Shown here in pieces: positions 28,366 to 38,191 of a stretch of 64,000 nucleotides of DNA (position 1 is the first letter of the stretch; every line of letters begins with the position of its first letter). Made by a program: the position numbers and the translations under genes. Below the pieces are notes generated by a model, which was given only the letters and a program-made list of their open reading frames with translations, did not search any database and was not told the origin of the DNA. This stretch comes from Nitrospinales bacterium (GTDB lineage Bacteria > Nitrospinota > Nitrospinia > Nitrospinales > VA-1): positions 12,607-76,606 of the forward strand of contig JBLFWU010000009.1 of NCBI GenBank assembly GCA_047610985.1. The letters run 5' to 3'.

Positions 28366-29288
28366 GTCAAGAAAAGATAGCACTGCTAAAACAGAATATC
28401 GGAAAGGTTATTTTCGGCAAGGATGACATCATCGAATATGCCATCATCGCCCTACTTGCAAGAGGCCACCTGATTATCGAAGATGTGCCAGGAGTCGGTA
28501 AGAGTTCTCTAGCCCATTCTCTCGCAAGCTCACTGCATCTCGACTTCAAACGCATTCAATTTACCAACGACCTTTTGCCCGCCGATATCACCGGCGTCTC
28601 CATTTATGATCAGGAAGAGAAAAAGTTTCATTTCCAAAAAGGCCCGCTGTTCGCAAATATTGTTCTAGCCGATGAAATCAATCGCTCTACGCCGCGCACG
28701 CAAAGCGCGTTGCTTGAGGCCATGAATGAAAGGCAAATTTCAGCAGATAATACGACCTACAAACTCGAAGAACCTTTCATGGTTATCGCGACACAAAATC
28801 AGGTCGAAAGTCAGGGGACCTACCCTCTTCCCGAATCGCAACTGGATCGGTTCATGCTCTACGTTTCGATGGGCTATCCTTCTATAGAAGACGAGCGACG
28901 GCTCTTGAACACAGCTCGCCCAAGCCCTGCCAGCATAGATGCCCTTTTAAACAAAGAAGAGGTATTGCAGCTTCAGGCTCAAGTCGACCAAGTCAAAATC
29001 GAACCCCTCTTAACCGATTATATTTTAAATATCATCACCGCAACTCGTGACAATCCGCACCTTACTCTTGGGGTGAGTCCACGCGGTGGATTAATATTCC
29101 AGCAAGCCATTCGCGCTCGTGCATTTATTCATGGAAGGGATTACTGCACACCGGATGATGTGAAAATTTTAGCGGCTCCTGTTCTATGCCACCGTGTCAT
29201 TCCCGAGTCGCATAGCAATTCGCGAAGATTTGCTGACACCGCCACCATCATCGAGAAAATTCTTGAGCAATTAGCCGTACCCGTTTGA
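28362..29288 (+). CDS. MoxR-family AAA+ ATPase
   Basis: 308 aa. Walker A PGVGKSSLA and ADEINRSTPRTQSALLEAMNERQIS. The start overlaps the udg stop (ATGA). Confidence 0.9.
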   Translation: MSQEKIALLKQNIGKVIFGKDDIIEYAIIALLARGHLIIEDVPGVGKSSLAHSLASSLHLDFKRIQFTNDLLPADITGVSIYDQEEKKFHFQKGPLFANIVLADEINRSTPRTQSALLEAMNERQISADNTTYKLEEPFMVIATQNQVESQGTYPLPESQLDRFMLYVSMGYPSIEDERRLLNTARPSPASIDALLNKEEVLQLQAQVDQVKIEPLLTDYILNIITATRDNPHLTLGVSPRGGLIFQQAIRARAFIHGRDYCTPDDVKILAAPVLCHRVIPESHSNSRRFADTATIIEKILEQLAVPV

Positions 29289-29295
29289 GGGAACA

Positions 29296-30228
29296 ATGAA
29301 TAATTTTGTATACACCCTCACCCTGCGTAATCGAACCCTGTCCTTAACTCGGGAGGGTCTCGGATTCATCCTGCTTTTATTCGGTGTCGGGCTAGGTGCC
29401 ATCAATACGGGAAATAACCTTCTCTATCTTGTCCTCGCCATGTGTTGCAGTTTCATTGCTGTATCAGGGGTACTGTCTGAATTAAGTTTTAGAAACCTTG
29501 TAGTTAAGGCAAAGGGACCTGCACACCTTTACTGCAATGAAACGGGAACTCTGGATTTCAAGATAACCAATAGTAAAGCATGGTCACCTTCCTTTTCCAT
29601 CTATATTCTTCTTCCCAGCGATGGAAGATATTCATTAGAGCAACCGCCCTACTTCTTTTTTATCCCAGCTGGAGAGACACTAGAAAAATCGGCTCTTTTT
29701 TCTGGAAACAAAAGAGGCCCGCTACAGATAAACTCCTGCCTCCTGGCAACCCGGTTTCCTTTTGGTTTTTATTACAAAACGAAGACCATCCCCTTAAATA
29801 TGGACATGGTAATTTTCCCCACGCTACATCCGGTGCAATTACCACCCAAAAATGAGTCCATACAAGAAGGAGAAGGAACGTTACAAACAAGAGGAGAAGA
29901 GATTTATGCCGTTCGGGAGTTTCGCCCTGGCGATTCTTTGAACTCAGTCCATTGGAAATCGTCCGCTAAAACAGGAAACCTGCGCGTAAAAGAATTTCAG
30001 AGTACTAGCGAACAAAGCTATACCGTTTTTTTGAATGTCAAAGAACCCGGCAGCAATAAAACGGTGAAAGTGATTGAAGAAAGAGTCAGTAAAGCCGCAT
30101 CATTGATTTACCACCTGGTTCAAAGAGGCAATGAAGTGAGCCTTAAAACGGAGGAGATGCAAACTGAATTTGGAAAATCAGAATCGCATTTAAAGGATCT
30201 GATGTATCAGTTGGCTTTTATAGATTGA
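29296..30228 (+). CDS. DUF58-domain protein (MoxR partner)
   Basis: 310 aa. Two N-terminal TM helices and VREFRPGDSLNSVHWKSSAKTGNLRVKEF, the DUF58 hallmark. Confidence 0.85.
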   Translation: MNNFVYTLTLRNRTLSLTREGLGFILLLFGVGLGAINTGNNLLYLVLAMCCSFIAVSGVLSELSFRNLVVKAKGPAHLYCNETGTLDFKITNSKAWSPSFSIYILLPSDGRYSLEQPPYFFFIPAGETLEKSALFSGNKRGPLQINSCLLATRFPFGFYYKTKTIPLNMDMVIFPTLHPVQLPPKNESIQEGEGTLQTRGEEIYAVREFRPGDSLNSVHWKSSAKTGNLRVKEFQSTSEQSYTVFLNVKEPGSNKTVKVIEERVSKAASLIYHLVQRGNEVSLKTEEMQTEFGKSESHLKDLMYQLAFID

Positions 30229-30262
30229 ATTGAAAAGGATATAAGAGGGGCGAGGGAGAAAT

Positions 30263-30445
30263 TCAAGCTGCCAAATGTAAAAAACGATCTGCATCTTTTC
30301 TAGCAAAATCGTTCACAGCAGCCCTGAATTCCTTTTTGAATTTACCTCTTTTATACGCTTTTTTGTTATCCTGTATTTTTACATGATAACGCTTGCTTTG
30401 CAGTTGCTTCACAACTGTGTCGATGGGTTTCTTGATAATTTTCAT
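30263..30445 (-). CDS. small basic hypothetical protein
   Basis: 60 aa, Lys/Arg-rich. A strong AGGAGG lies 7-8 nt upstream of the ATG on the minus strand. Confidence 0.55.
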   Translation of the reverse strand: MKIIKKPIDTVVKQLQSKRYHVKIQDNKKAYKRGKFKKEFRAAVNDFARKDADRFLHLAA

Positions 30446-30516
30446 AAAACACCTCCTTTAAAGATAGTTGTATTAACATAATTATAACGGTCTATACCCA
30501 CAAACTCATAATTATT

Positions 30517-31278
30517 TTACCGCTTCAGGATACTTTGTGAAAAGTAGCGGGCGGGGATTTCAACATCAAAATCTATGACATCGAATTTATAGGTGGTTTG
30601 AGTGTTTTCTTTTAGCATATCCTTAAAAACCATTGTATGAGGGAACAAACGGTTATCAATTTTCTTATAATCCATATATAAAATTCTTTTAAGAATTTTT
30701 CCACTCTTCGCAAATCGCTCTTCTTTAAGCACTATCTTACTTATTGGATTGATCCAGGCCTTTCTTGTCTGGTAGGTCGATTTTTTATCGCGGGCCTGCA
30801 AATGTAAAACTGCGCATCTTTCTCCCTCAAACTCATCAAACTTTTCCAATGTAGCAGAGTAAGCTTGGCTCAATTTATGATCTTCCATCATATCTTCATA
30901 CGACAAATCACTGCCCATCATAGACTGCCTGAGCAAATGCCCAGCGATTAGGATTTTACGATCGGTTCGCGGGGTATACATCCAGAGTTTCCCGCCGATC
31001 TTAAGCATCTTGGTTCCTTTTTCACGAGCTGGCGATTTGTAATGGCTATAGGAACGTGTAGCACCTTCCATCCAGGAGTCCTGTGTCAGAGTCCGAACTT
31101 TTCGTCCATTATCAATAATCAGTCGTCCTGAAATAAATTTTTTATTTGCCCAAAGATTATCGTCCAACTGCTCTAACAGTTTTTGGGCATTTATTTCTTC
31201 TGCCATTCCCGAAGTGATCGAAACAAAACAAAGGGCCAGATAAGCAGCGAAAACAATTGAACATCTTTTAAAAATCAT
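30517..31278 (-). CDS. outer-membrane lipoprotein-sorting (LolA-like) periplasmic protein
   Basis: 253 aa with a signal peptide. Beta-rich with the G..W.Y.P pattern (IGGKLWMYTP) typical of the LolA-like/DUF4367 family. Its start overlaps the upstream permease stop. Confidence 0.65.
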   Translation of the reverse strand: MIFKRCSIVFAAYLALCFVSITSGMAEEINAQKLLEQLDDNLWANKKFISGRLIIDNGRKVRTLTQDSWMEGATRSYSHYKSPAREKGTKMLKIGGKLWMYTPRTDRKILIAGHLLRQSMMGSDLSYEDMMEDHKLSQAYSATLEKFDEFEGERCAVLHLQARDKKSTYQTRKAWINPISKIVLKEERFAKSGKILKRILYMDYKKIDNRLFPHTMVFKDMLKENTQTTYKFDVIDFDVEIPARYFSQSILKR

Positions 31279-32576
31279 CCAGCCTCCAATTCTCGAAACA
31301 AGTTAGCTTCAGATCTTTTGAAAATCGCAAGGCTCGCCACCAGAGTTCCTGCAACACTGGCAAAAATTCCAGGCAAAACAGCTTGCACAAAACCACCGAT
31401 AGTGAGTCTTGCTCGAACCACATCGTTGATCATCATCCCTGTTTGAGCAAAGTTATCACCCATATTAACCCCCACCTCTTGAAGATAAAATGTAAATGCA
31501 CCTCCAAAAATGGAACCCGCTATCGCTCCTAAAATTCCAACCACTAAACCTTCTATTCCCAATGTGAGTATCAGTTTCCAATGAGGTTCTCCAAATGCTA
31601 GCCGAAGTCCCATTTCACCATAACGATGAATTCCGCTTAAAATTCCAGCATTCCATAGAACTAGGATCATAAGAAAAGTAAAAATTCCTACCACAAACCC
31701 CTGTATGACGTGAAATTTATCAGCAATCGCTCCGATGTTCTGCTGGTCGCGAACGCTTAAGAGCAAGGGCTCGTCGTCTTTAGCCCAGCTATCTGGAGGC
31801 GATGCTATCCAGTGTTTTAAAGGCTCTTGCATGCTCCTCTTAACTTCTTCATAGTCTTCCAGAGAATATTGTGGCGGTAAAAACCCTAGCCAATCAGTAA
31901 TCATATCTTCCATATAAAAACTGTTTTGCGCATCTGAAATATCTATTAAAACCATTTTCTTATCCATTGCAGAAACGCCAAACTTGACCAAACCAATAAT
32001 TTGATAATTGTCCGCAACCATTCCACCGTCGAAAGATTGCCCTAGCACAGTGACAGACTGTCCCAAACCAACACCGAGTGTTTCTGCTAATTGATCTCCC
32101 ATCAACATTTCATTTGATGACTCGGGCAGTCTTCCGCTAACCAGAGACTCCTCCATTTTCATTCGCTTCAATTCAATAGAGCTTTTGGTTTTCAATTCAA
32201 GGGCCATACCTACGACAGGAGTTTGAGAAAGAGTCTCGCCGTTTTCATCAGGAACATCGAGAATAGCTCCCCATCGAATTCGAGGAAACCATTCAACCTG
32301 TTCTGGAGAGTTTTTTTTCAGCCAATCTCGGGTTTCTTTCTGACCAGCTAGAGATCGGTCAAGGGGGCGCAAATGTTCTTCTTCATAAAATGGTTTATTG
32401 ACCAAACGCAAATGCCCTGCATCAAGGTTCGCAGTCATATCAATCATACCCATGAAAACCCCTTCCATAAAACCCACCAAAGAAACCACTAATGCAACTC
32501 CTATGGTCACTACAGTAAACGGAAAAAGAAATCGGGATTTATCTCGCAAAACCCCACGAAGCAAAAAAGCTATCAT
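31275..32576 (-). CDS. ABC transporter permease, FtsX/MacB/LolE-like
   Basis: 433 aa. TM1, a ~250-aa periplasmic domain, then a C-terminal 3-TM FtsX bundle. Confidence 0.8.
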   Translation of the reverse strand: MIAFLLRGVLRDKSRFLFPFTVVTIGVALVVSLVGFMEGVFMGMIDMTANLDAGHLRLVNKPFYEEEHLRPLDRSLAGQKETRDWLKKNSPEQVEWFPRIRWGAILDVPDENGETLSQTPVVGMALELKTKSSIELKRMKMEESLVSGRLPESSNEMLMGDQLAETLGVGLGQSVTVLGQSFDGGMVADNYQIIGLVKFGVSAMDKKMVLIDISDAQNSFYMEDMITDWLGFLPPQYSLEDYEEVKRSMQEPLKHWIASPPDSWAKDDEPLLLSVRDQQNIGAIADKFHVIQGFVVGIFTFLMILVLWNAGILSGIHRYGEMGLRLAFGEPHWKLILTLGIEGLVVGILGAIAGSIFGGAFTFYLQEVGVNMGDNFAQTGMMINDVVRARLTIGGFVQAVLPGIFASVAGTLVASLAIFKRSEANLFRELEAG

Positions 32577-33742
32577 GTTATAGCCCTACCCCTAAGGGCT
32601 TGAGTCGGATCTAAACGAATAATTTTTTTCACCGGTATCCAGGCAGCCATCACGACTAGAAAAACAACTATGAGTAAAGAGTAAAAAATTTCTTTAGGTT
32701 GATAATCCGGATAGATGGTTTCCCTGATAGGAAAACTGGCTTCACTTAAATGAGTCACATCAAAACCCACACCTTGAAACCAAATGAAAAAAGGAACTCC
32801 CAATAAAGCGGCAACAATTAAAGCCCAAATGGCTGCCAAAGCACCTTCTAAAGTAAATATTCTTACAATTCTCATGGGCTCCATTCCCAAAGCCATTAGA
32901 GTTCCAATTTCTTTTTGTCGTTTAAAAATATTCAGTATCTGCGTATTAAAAACACTGGTGCAAACCAAGATCATTAGTATCGTCCACAGGATTTTGGAAT
33001 TCATTCTATCCTGTTTTAACAGGGCTAAAAGGTCTGCCATAAGTGCTTCCACAGCTTGGAATTCAAACCCTTCAATAGGCCCAATATAATCCCGAACCGC
33101 CACCCAACTCACTTCCCCTTGTCTATCAGTCATAGATCGCAAATGATCCAGACGTAACCACACAACCCCATCATCAACACGCGGATTAACCATGTCCCCC
33201 ACATCCACAATAAGAATATCTTGGGCATCGACTGCACCCGACCTATCGCGCCATTTAAGTGTAAGGGTATCGCCTTTTTTCAAGTGTGCCTTCCGAGCCA
33301 TTTTTACCCCTACCACTCCCGGAATAACATCTTCAATTTGTTCGCCATATTTTTTCAAGTTATCCAAAGGTAAATTCAATAGGGATTGCTTCATTGAAAT
33401 CCCACGAATTTGAACTGGATAAAGTCTACGGTTGGGATAAAGCTGTCCCTGTTGAATCAAAACCTCTGCTTTGTCTTCATCAGCTAATCGTAAAAGAGAT
33501 TCGGCAGGTTTCAATGTGTGGTCTTCCCACTCGGTAGGAGAAAGAATATCAAATCCGGGAGCTCGGTAATGCCCTCCCCCTACATCCGTAGCAACTAGAT
33601 TTCGGGTGGCTTGCGCCTGAAATCCATTCAACAAAGAAAGCATGAATATCAATGAAATAATTGATAGAGCGGTCACCAGCACATTGAGGAATGCACGCAT
33701 ACCTTGCCGATAAAAGTTTTTCCTGGCAATGTCCCAGTTCAT
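32573..33742 (-). CDS. ABC transporter permease, FtsX/MacB/LolC-like
   Basis: 389 aa with the same topology. FKRQKEIGTLMALGM motif. ATGA-type overlap with the next gene. Confidence 0.8.
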   Translation of the reverse strand: MNWDIARKNFYRQGMRAFLNVLVTALSIISLIFMLSLLNGFQAQATRNLVATDVGGGHYRAPGFDILSPTEWEDHTLKPAESLLRLADEDKAEVLIQQGQLYPNRRLYPVQIRGISMKQSLLNLPLDNLKKYGEQIEDVIPGVVGVKMARKAHLKKGDTLTLKWRDRSGAVDAQDILIVDVGDMVNPRVDDGVVWLRLDHLRSMTDRQGEVSWVAVRDYIGPIEGFEFQAVEALMADLLALLKQDRMNSKILWTILMILVCTSVFNTQILNIFKRQKEIGTLMALGMEPMRIVRIFTLEGALAAIWALIVAALLGVPFFIWFQGVGFDVTHLSEASFPIRETIYPDYQPKEIFYSLLIVVFLVVMAAWIPVKKIIRLDPTQALRGRAIT

Positions 33743-33744
33743 TT

Positions 33745-34449
33745 CTATACTGTCCCGTTTATATTATTCTTGTCTGAAACAATGCGTCCATCTTCCAACT
33801 TAACCTCGCGGCGTACATAGCGGGTCACCTTTTCATCATGCGTAGAAAAAATAACTGCGGCCTGATATTGCTGATTCAGCTTTCGCATCAATTCCAGAAT
33901 TTGCAAAGAGTTTTCCGTGTCCAGATTTGCTGTCGGCTCATCAGCAAGAATTATAAGAGGATCTTTTACCAAAGCCCGTGCAATGGCAACACGCTGTGAT
34001 TGCCCACCCGATAATTGCGCAGGCCTTTTTTTCACTTGATCCGTGAGTCCCACCTTAGCTACGATTTCCATAACACGATCACGAACATCTTTCTCTTTAT
34101 CCCCGTTCAGTAAAAGAGGGAATAAAATATTTTCATAGACAGAATAAACAGGTAGCAAGTTATAGGTCTGGAATATGAAGCCAATATTTTCTCTTCTATA
34201 TTCAGCCATTTGTTCGCGACTCATAGAAGACAGACTTTTCTCTTTAAAAAATATTTTCCCGGTGGTAGGGATATCCAACCCTCCAATAAGGTTCAGCAAA
34301 GTAGTTTTACCAGACCCCGAAGGACCTACAAAAGACATGAAGGCACCTCTGTTGATTTCAAGACTCACATCATGCAAAGCGGTAAAGTTTTCTTCACCGA
34401 CTTTGAATACTTTTGAGACCTCGTTCAATGCGATTAGTTTATTATCCAT
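33745..34449 (-). CDS. ABC transporter ATP-binding protein (LolD/MacB-type)
   Basis: 234 aa. Walker [13 protein letters not shown], signature [15 protein letters not shown], Walker B ILADEPT. Confidence 0.92.
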   Translation of the reverse strand: MDNKLIALNEVSKVFKVGEENFTALHDVSLEINRGAFMSFVGPSGSGKTTLLNLIGGLDIPTTGKIFFKEKSLSSMSREQMAEYRRENIGFIFQTYNLLPVYSVYENILFPLLLNGDKEKDVRDRVMEIVAKVGLTDQVKKRPAQLSGGQSQRVAIARALVKDPLIILADEPTANLDTENSLQILELMRKLNQQYQAAVIFSTHDEKVTRYVRREVKLEDGRIVSDKNNINGTV

Positions 34450-34461
34450 ACCTACACCGAT

Positions 34462-35622
34462 CTAAAAATAATTTATTAACGTCAATCCCATTACAGATTC
34501 CGTTCCATTGAATGTAGCCGATCGTCTATGCAGCCTGCCGTCTTTTCTTCCTTCCGTAATATTACCACCCACTCTACCGTGTAGATAAAGAAACAAGGAT
34601 TCAGTAACGGAATATTCGATTTGTGGAATCACTTGAAAGCTTTTATCGCGCAAATCATAGAGACTAAAAACTTGCCATCTAATATCTATACCCACAGGTT
34701 GATCCATTGAAAACCCAATTTGCTGGATGGTTCTTTGCCCCTTAGGGTCCGTAAGAGTAAAGTTCTTCTCTCGTGTGGTAAAAAAGTATTCCATGAGAAC
34801 ATGGAGTCCTTCCCCAAAGTTAAAAGTATAATCCACACCTAAAACAGTATCAAAACGAAGGGCTGAAGAAGATTGTAATTCGATATCCATTCGACTTTCA
34901 CTCCAGAACCCAATTTCCATCTCACCCTTAAGGTGGTAACCCAGTTGAATCATTTCCTGATCAAAATCCGCTAAATCTTTTAGATCAGTTCGAGGATGGT
35001 ATTGCAATACAACCCCGACCTCCATATCTGCTATCAGCGTTTCACCACGCAAACCGGTGATAAAAGAGCTATTTTTTTTAGCCGGTACCAACCAACCTTC
35101 CAGGAAAGAAGATGGCGTGACAAACCATGTAGATCGGAAACCATCAGCACCACGAGTTAGCGGAACGACACCCGTAACATCCCTTGTATCAAAAAATCCC
35201 AGAGGTCTGAAAATGGTTCCAGCTCCAAAAAGAATTTTTTGCCGCCCTCCTCTGATTTTAAAATTTCCGCTGTCCAAGCGAAGCCATGCACGAAAAAAAT
35301 CCACATTAGTTTCAGGGCGAAGTCGCGACTGCACACTGGGGCCATCCACTTGTTTTACATCACCGGTCAACTCATAATCTAATTGCCATACTTCGCCCTG
35401 CCAGGCATTCCCTAAAACCCCCAGGCGCAATTCTGCTTCACTATCAAAATCTTTTAAGTCGGATGGAACTTCAAAAACATAAGAACTTCCTACCGCAGCT
35501 CGCCCCTCCAGTCGGCTATCAAAGCCTTCAACGAGTTGCGGGGCAGAAACACATAAAACCAACATCAACCAAAAGCGAGTCAAAATCAAATTGGGCATTG
35601 CGATCAATTCAATTACCTGCAA
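34462..35622 (-). CDS. hypothetical outer-membrane beta-barrel protein
   Basis: 386 aa with a signal peptide; the start could be the Met at 35598. Alternating amphipathic strands and a C-terminal aromatic residue (…LINYF). Confidence 0.5.
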   Translation of the reverse strand: MQVIELIAMPNLILTRFWLMLVLCVSAPQLVEGFDSRLEGRAAVGSSYVFEVPSDLKDFDSEAELRLGVLGNAWQGEVWQLDYELTGDVKQVDGPSVQSRLRPETNVDFFRAWLRLDSGNFKIRGGRQKILFGAGTIFRPLGFFDTRDVTGVVPLTRGADGFRSTWFVTPSSFLEGWLVPAKKNSSFITGLRGETLIADMEVGVVLQYHPRTDLKDLADFDQEMIQLGYHLKGEMEIGFWSESRMDIELQSSSALRFDTVLGVDYTFNFGEGLHVLMEYFFTTREKNFTLTDPKGQRTIQQIGFSMDQPVGIDIRWQVFSLYDLRDKSFQVIPQIEYSVTESLFLYLHGRVGGNITEGRKDGRLHRRSATFNGTESVMGLTLINYF

Positions 35623-36769
35623 GGTGGTTTAAGATGTTTTCACTGATTGTCTTCCAGTTAAACTTTTCCAACACCGCCCTGCGCCCATTTTCACCGCAAG
35701 ATCTCATTCTCTCAGGATTATTCAATAAGGATAATACAGTCGCTGTCCACACCTTAGGATCGGTTGACGAAACAACCTCTCCCATATCATGAGCCTGAAA
35801 AATCTTATCCAATCCACCCAGGGCACTTGCAATAACGGGTTTTCCACACGCCATATATTCAAATAATTTTAAGGGAGACAGTCCGGTATGTGGGGAGCGT
35901 TCATCAAAAAAAGGTGCCAAACAAATATCTGCCGCATTGATGAATTCAGGCATCTCTGCAAGCGGTCGGCGACCACAAAAGATAACATTATCCTTAATAC
36001 CTAGAGCATCAACCCGTACTCGCAATCCTGCAGTGAGCTCACCCTCCCCCACCAATAACAATTTAATATTTAAATTGCTATCGATCAGGTCAGGCATTAT
36101 CTCAATCAATTCAAGAATTCCATGCCACCTCTTGAATCCTCCCATAAAAAGAAGATATTTTGCGTTGGCGCTCAACCCCAATTGATCTCTGCAGGAACTT
36201 TGATCCATAGGGTAAAAAATATTCTCATCGGCACCATTAGAAACTACCAAAAATAGTTTTGGGTCAAGACTGTATTCCTTACAGAGAAAATCTCTGATAT
36301 GCGTGGTTGGCACCACCCAAAAATCAGGAAATCGATAACAAATCCACTCCATAATTCGAGTCACAGAAGTGATCCATCCTGAAGCTTGACTCATTTTCAG
36401 TTCGATCAATGGCAACCCATTCACTTCAATGGCGTATCGAAATCTGAATATCACTTTTAACCAGGTCGCCCACCATTCAAGGGATTGTTGCCGGGTATAA
36501 ATAGCATCCGGTTTATTTGTCAAACAATAATATAAAAGATATAAAAAGAGGACTGCGTGAAATGAAAAATAAGTAAATGCAGGATTGCGGATGAGCACCG
36601 GTACTTTAACAATAGAAACTCCCGGTATTTTTCGGGTTGCCCCCAGATCAGGAATGAAGAGAACAGTTTCGTGTCCATTTGAGGCAAACTGCTTACAAGT
36701 TTCAAGAACGTGGCGAGCGCCTGCGTCATTGCCCTCAATATCTATTCTGGCAAAATAAAAAATTCGCAT
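35609..36769 (-). CDS. glycosyltransferase family 4 (GT-B)
   Basis: 386 aa. C-terminal E-x7-E region GLSPLKLFEYMACGKPVIAS. Confidence 0.85.
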   Translation of the reverse strand: MRIFYFARIDIEGNDAGARHVLETCKQFASNGHETVLFIPDLGATRKIPGVSIVKVPVLIRNPAFTYFSFHAVLFLYLLYYCLTNKPDAIYTRQQSLEWWATWLKVIFRFRYAIEVNGLPLIELKMSQASGWITSVTRIMEWICYRFPDFWVVPTTHIRDFLCKEYSLDPKLFLVVSNGADENIFYPMDQSSCRDQLGLSANAKYLLFMGGFKRWHGILELIEIMPDLIDSNLNIKLLLVGEGELTAGLRVRVDALGIKDNVIFCGRRPLAEMPEFINAADICLAPFFDERSPHTGLSPLKLFEYMACGKPVIASALGGLDKIFQAHDMGEVVSSTDPKVWTATVLSLLNNPERMRSCGENGRRAVLEKFNWKTISENILNHLAGN

Positions 36770-36790
36770 TTGATCAGGAGAACCGAGCCA

Positions 36791-38167
36791 TCATGCAATC
36801 AATTCGGCGAAAAAATTCTTATCCATTTCCGTGGATAAATGACTGTTATGCCACAGCAAGGTAAAATCACCTCCGTACGCCAAAGACTTTTGTTTTAGTG
36901 ACAGTATTAAGTTCATCGCTTTATCACTGTAGCCGAGTCCCATATAACGATCTGCCAAAACTGAGCATTCCATCAGCACGAGAGGCCGTTGTTTTAAAGT
37001 TAATGGTTTCATTTTTTTCCAACTCCACATCGTAAATGGACGTGAGGTTCCATAACGAAATCCAGGTCGGTCTGCAAACGCGCCTGTTGTATCGTATTCG
37101 TAACCCGATGCATCGATATGGTCAGGGGTCTGAGACACATCCCATCTTAAATAGTGCTGTCGGTTTCCTTTTGCGCTTGCGTTTATTCCCAGCTTATCAC
37201 ACGTATCAATAAGTCTTTGCCGCTCACTTTCTAGTTGTCTCCTGTCCTGATAGCTATTGAAGCTGGCATGCGTACCAATCTCATGGCCACGATCAGCAAT
37301 TCGATGCATCAAGTCTTGTATTCTTGGTTCAGAAATTTTGTAACATCCATCCATTATTTTCGAGGAATGATCAACGATGAAATAGAAAGCAGCCTGATGT
37401 CCAAATCTCTCACAAGTATCCATATACCAGTCAAAAGTATTGAACGGATCATATTTAAAATTGCCGCGCTGAGTCGAAACATAATTTTGAAAACGCTGAC
37501 GAGCCAATCCAACGTTACGCCTTTTGAAAACATCAACCGCTAATCCTTTAGCCAGTCTCAGAGAGGTCTTAGTCGAACAGTCATAAGGAGCATCAACGTC
37601 ACAACTGATCCTTAATTTTCCTTGACGTGCTTTCCGTTCTAACGCAGGCCACAGATGCTTCATGCATGCCCATAGAGTTTCTACATATTCATCTACAATG
37701 GGCCTTTCAAGCAATCCTGATCTACACGCAAGTGAGGCGGTTGCAGGGAAGCGGTCATATTTATCACGTTCTTTTATAACCATCTCTTCATATCGAGAAA
37801 GGAAGTAAAACGCCGTTCCAAAGATATCGATATGACAATCAATCCGATTTGATTCAACATCTATTTTTGGCGAACCAAACACAACTGGTAGCAATGGGTC
37901 TGTCAACGAAACAGACAAACCAGACTTTGATGCATCCCATGTAGCAAGAGGAGTTTTCATCATGGGTTCTTTAATAAGCCAACTTCCCTGTAACTGGGGG
38001 AACAAGCTATCGGAAAGGTCAAGTCGCTTGCCATTCAACTGTAAGAAATACCCCTTTCCTATGTTGGGTCGAGAAATATATTCAATGCCAAGGAATTCTC
38101 CGAATATAACGGACAATATCCAATCAACAGCTTCACTCTGGATTTTAGGGTGATGTATTTCCAGCAA
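36791..38167 (-). CDS. polysaccharide deacetylase-like (CE4-type) protein with an N-terminal extension
   Basis: 458 aa. SCDVDAPYD (TFDD-like motif 1), GHEIGTHASF (CE4 motif 2), and WHNSHL near the C-terminus. Confidence 0.55.
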   Translation of the reverse strand: MLEIHHPKIQSEAVDWILSVIFGEFLGIEYISRPNIGKGYFLQLNGKRLDLSDSLFPQLQGSWLIKEPMMKTPLATWDASKSGLSVSLTDPLLPVVFGSPKIDVESNRIDCHIDIFGTAFYFLSRYEEMVIKERDKYDRFPATASLACRSGLLERPIVDEYVETLWACMKHLWPALERKARQGKLRISCDVDAPYDCSTKTSLRLAKGLAVDVFKRRNVGLARQRFQNYVSTQRGNFKYDPFNTFDWYMDTCERFGHQAAFYFIVDHSSKIMDGCYKISEPRIQDLMHRIADRGHEIGTHASFNSYQDRRQLESERQRLIDTCDKLGINASAKGNRQHYLRWDVSQTPDHIDASGYEYDTTGAFADRPGFRYGTSRPFTMWSWKKMKPLTLKQRPLVLMECSVLADRYMGLGYSDKAMNLILSLKQKSLAYGGDFTLLWHNSHLSTEMDKNFFAELIA

Positions 38168-38191
38168 TTTAAAACTCGTTTAGGAAAAGGT

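Noticed and set aside
28362-30228. Bat-like aerotolerance operon
   Set aside because: Only the MoxR and DUF58 genes are present. The vWA (BatA/B) and TPR (BatC) components are absent, so the operon call is not justified.
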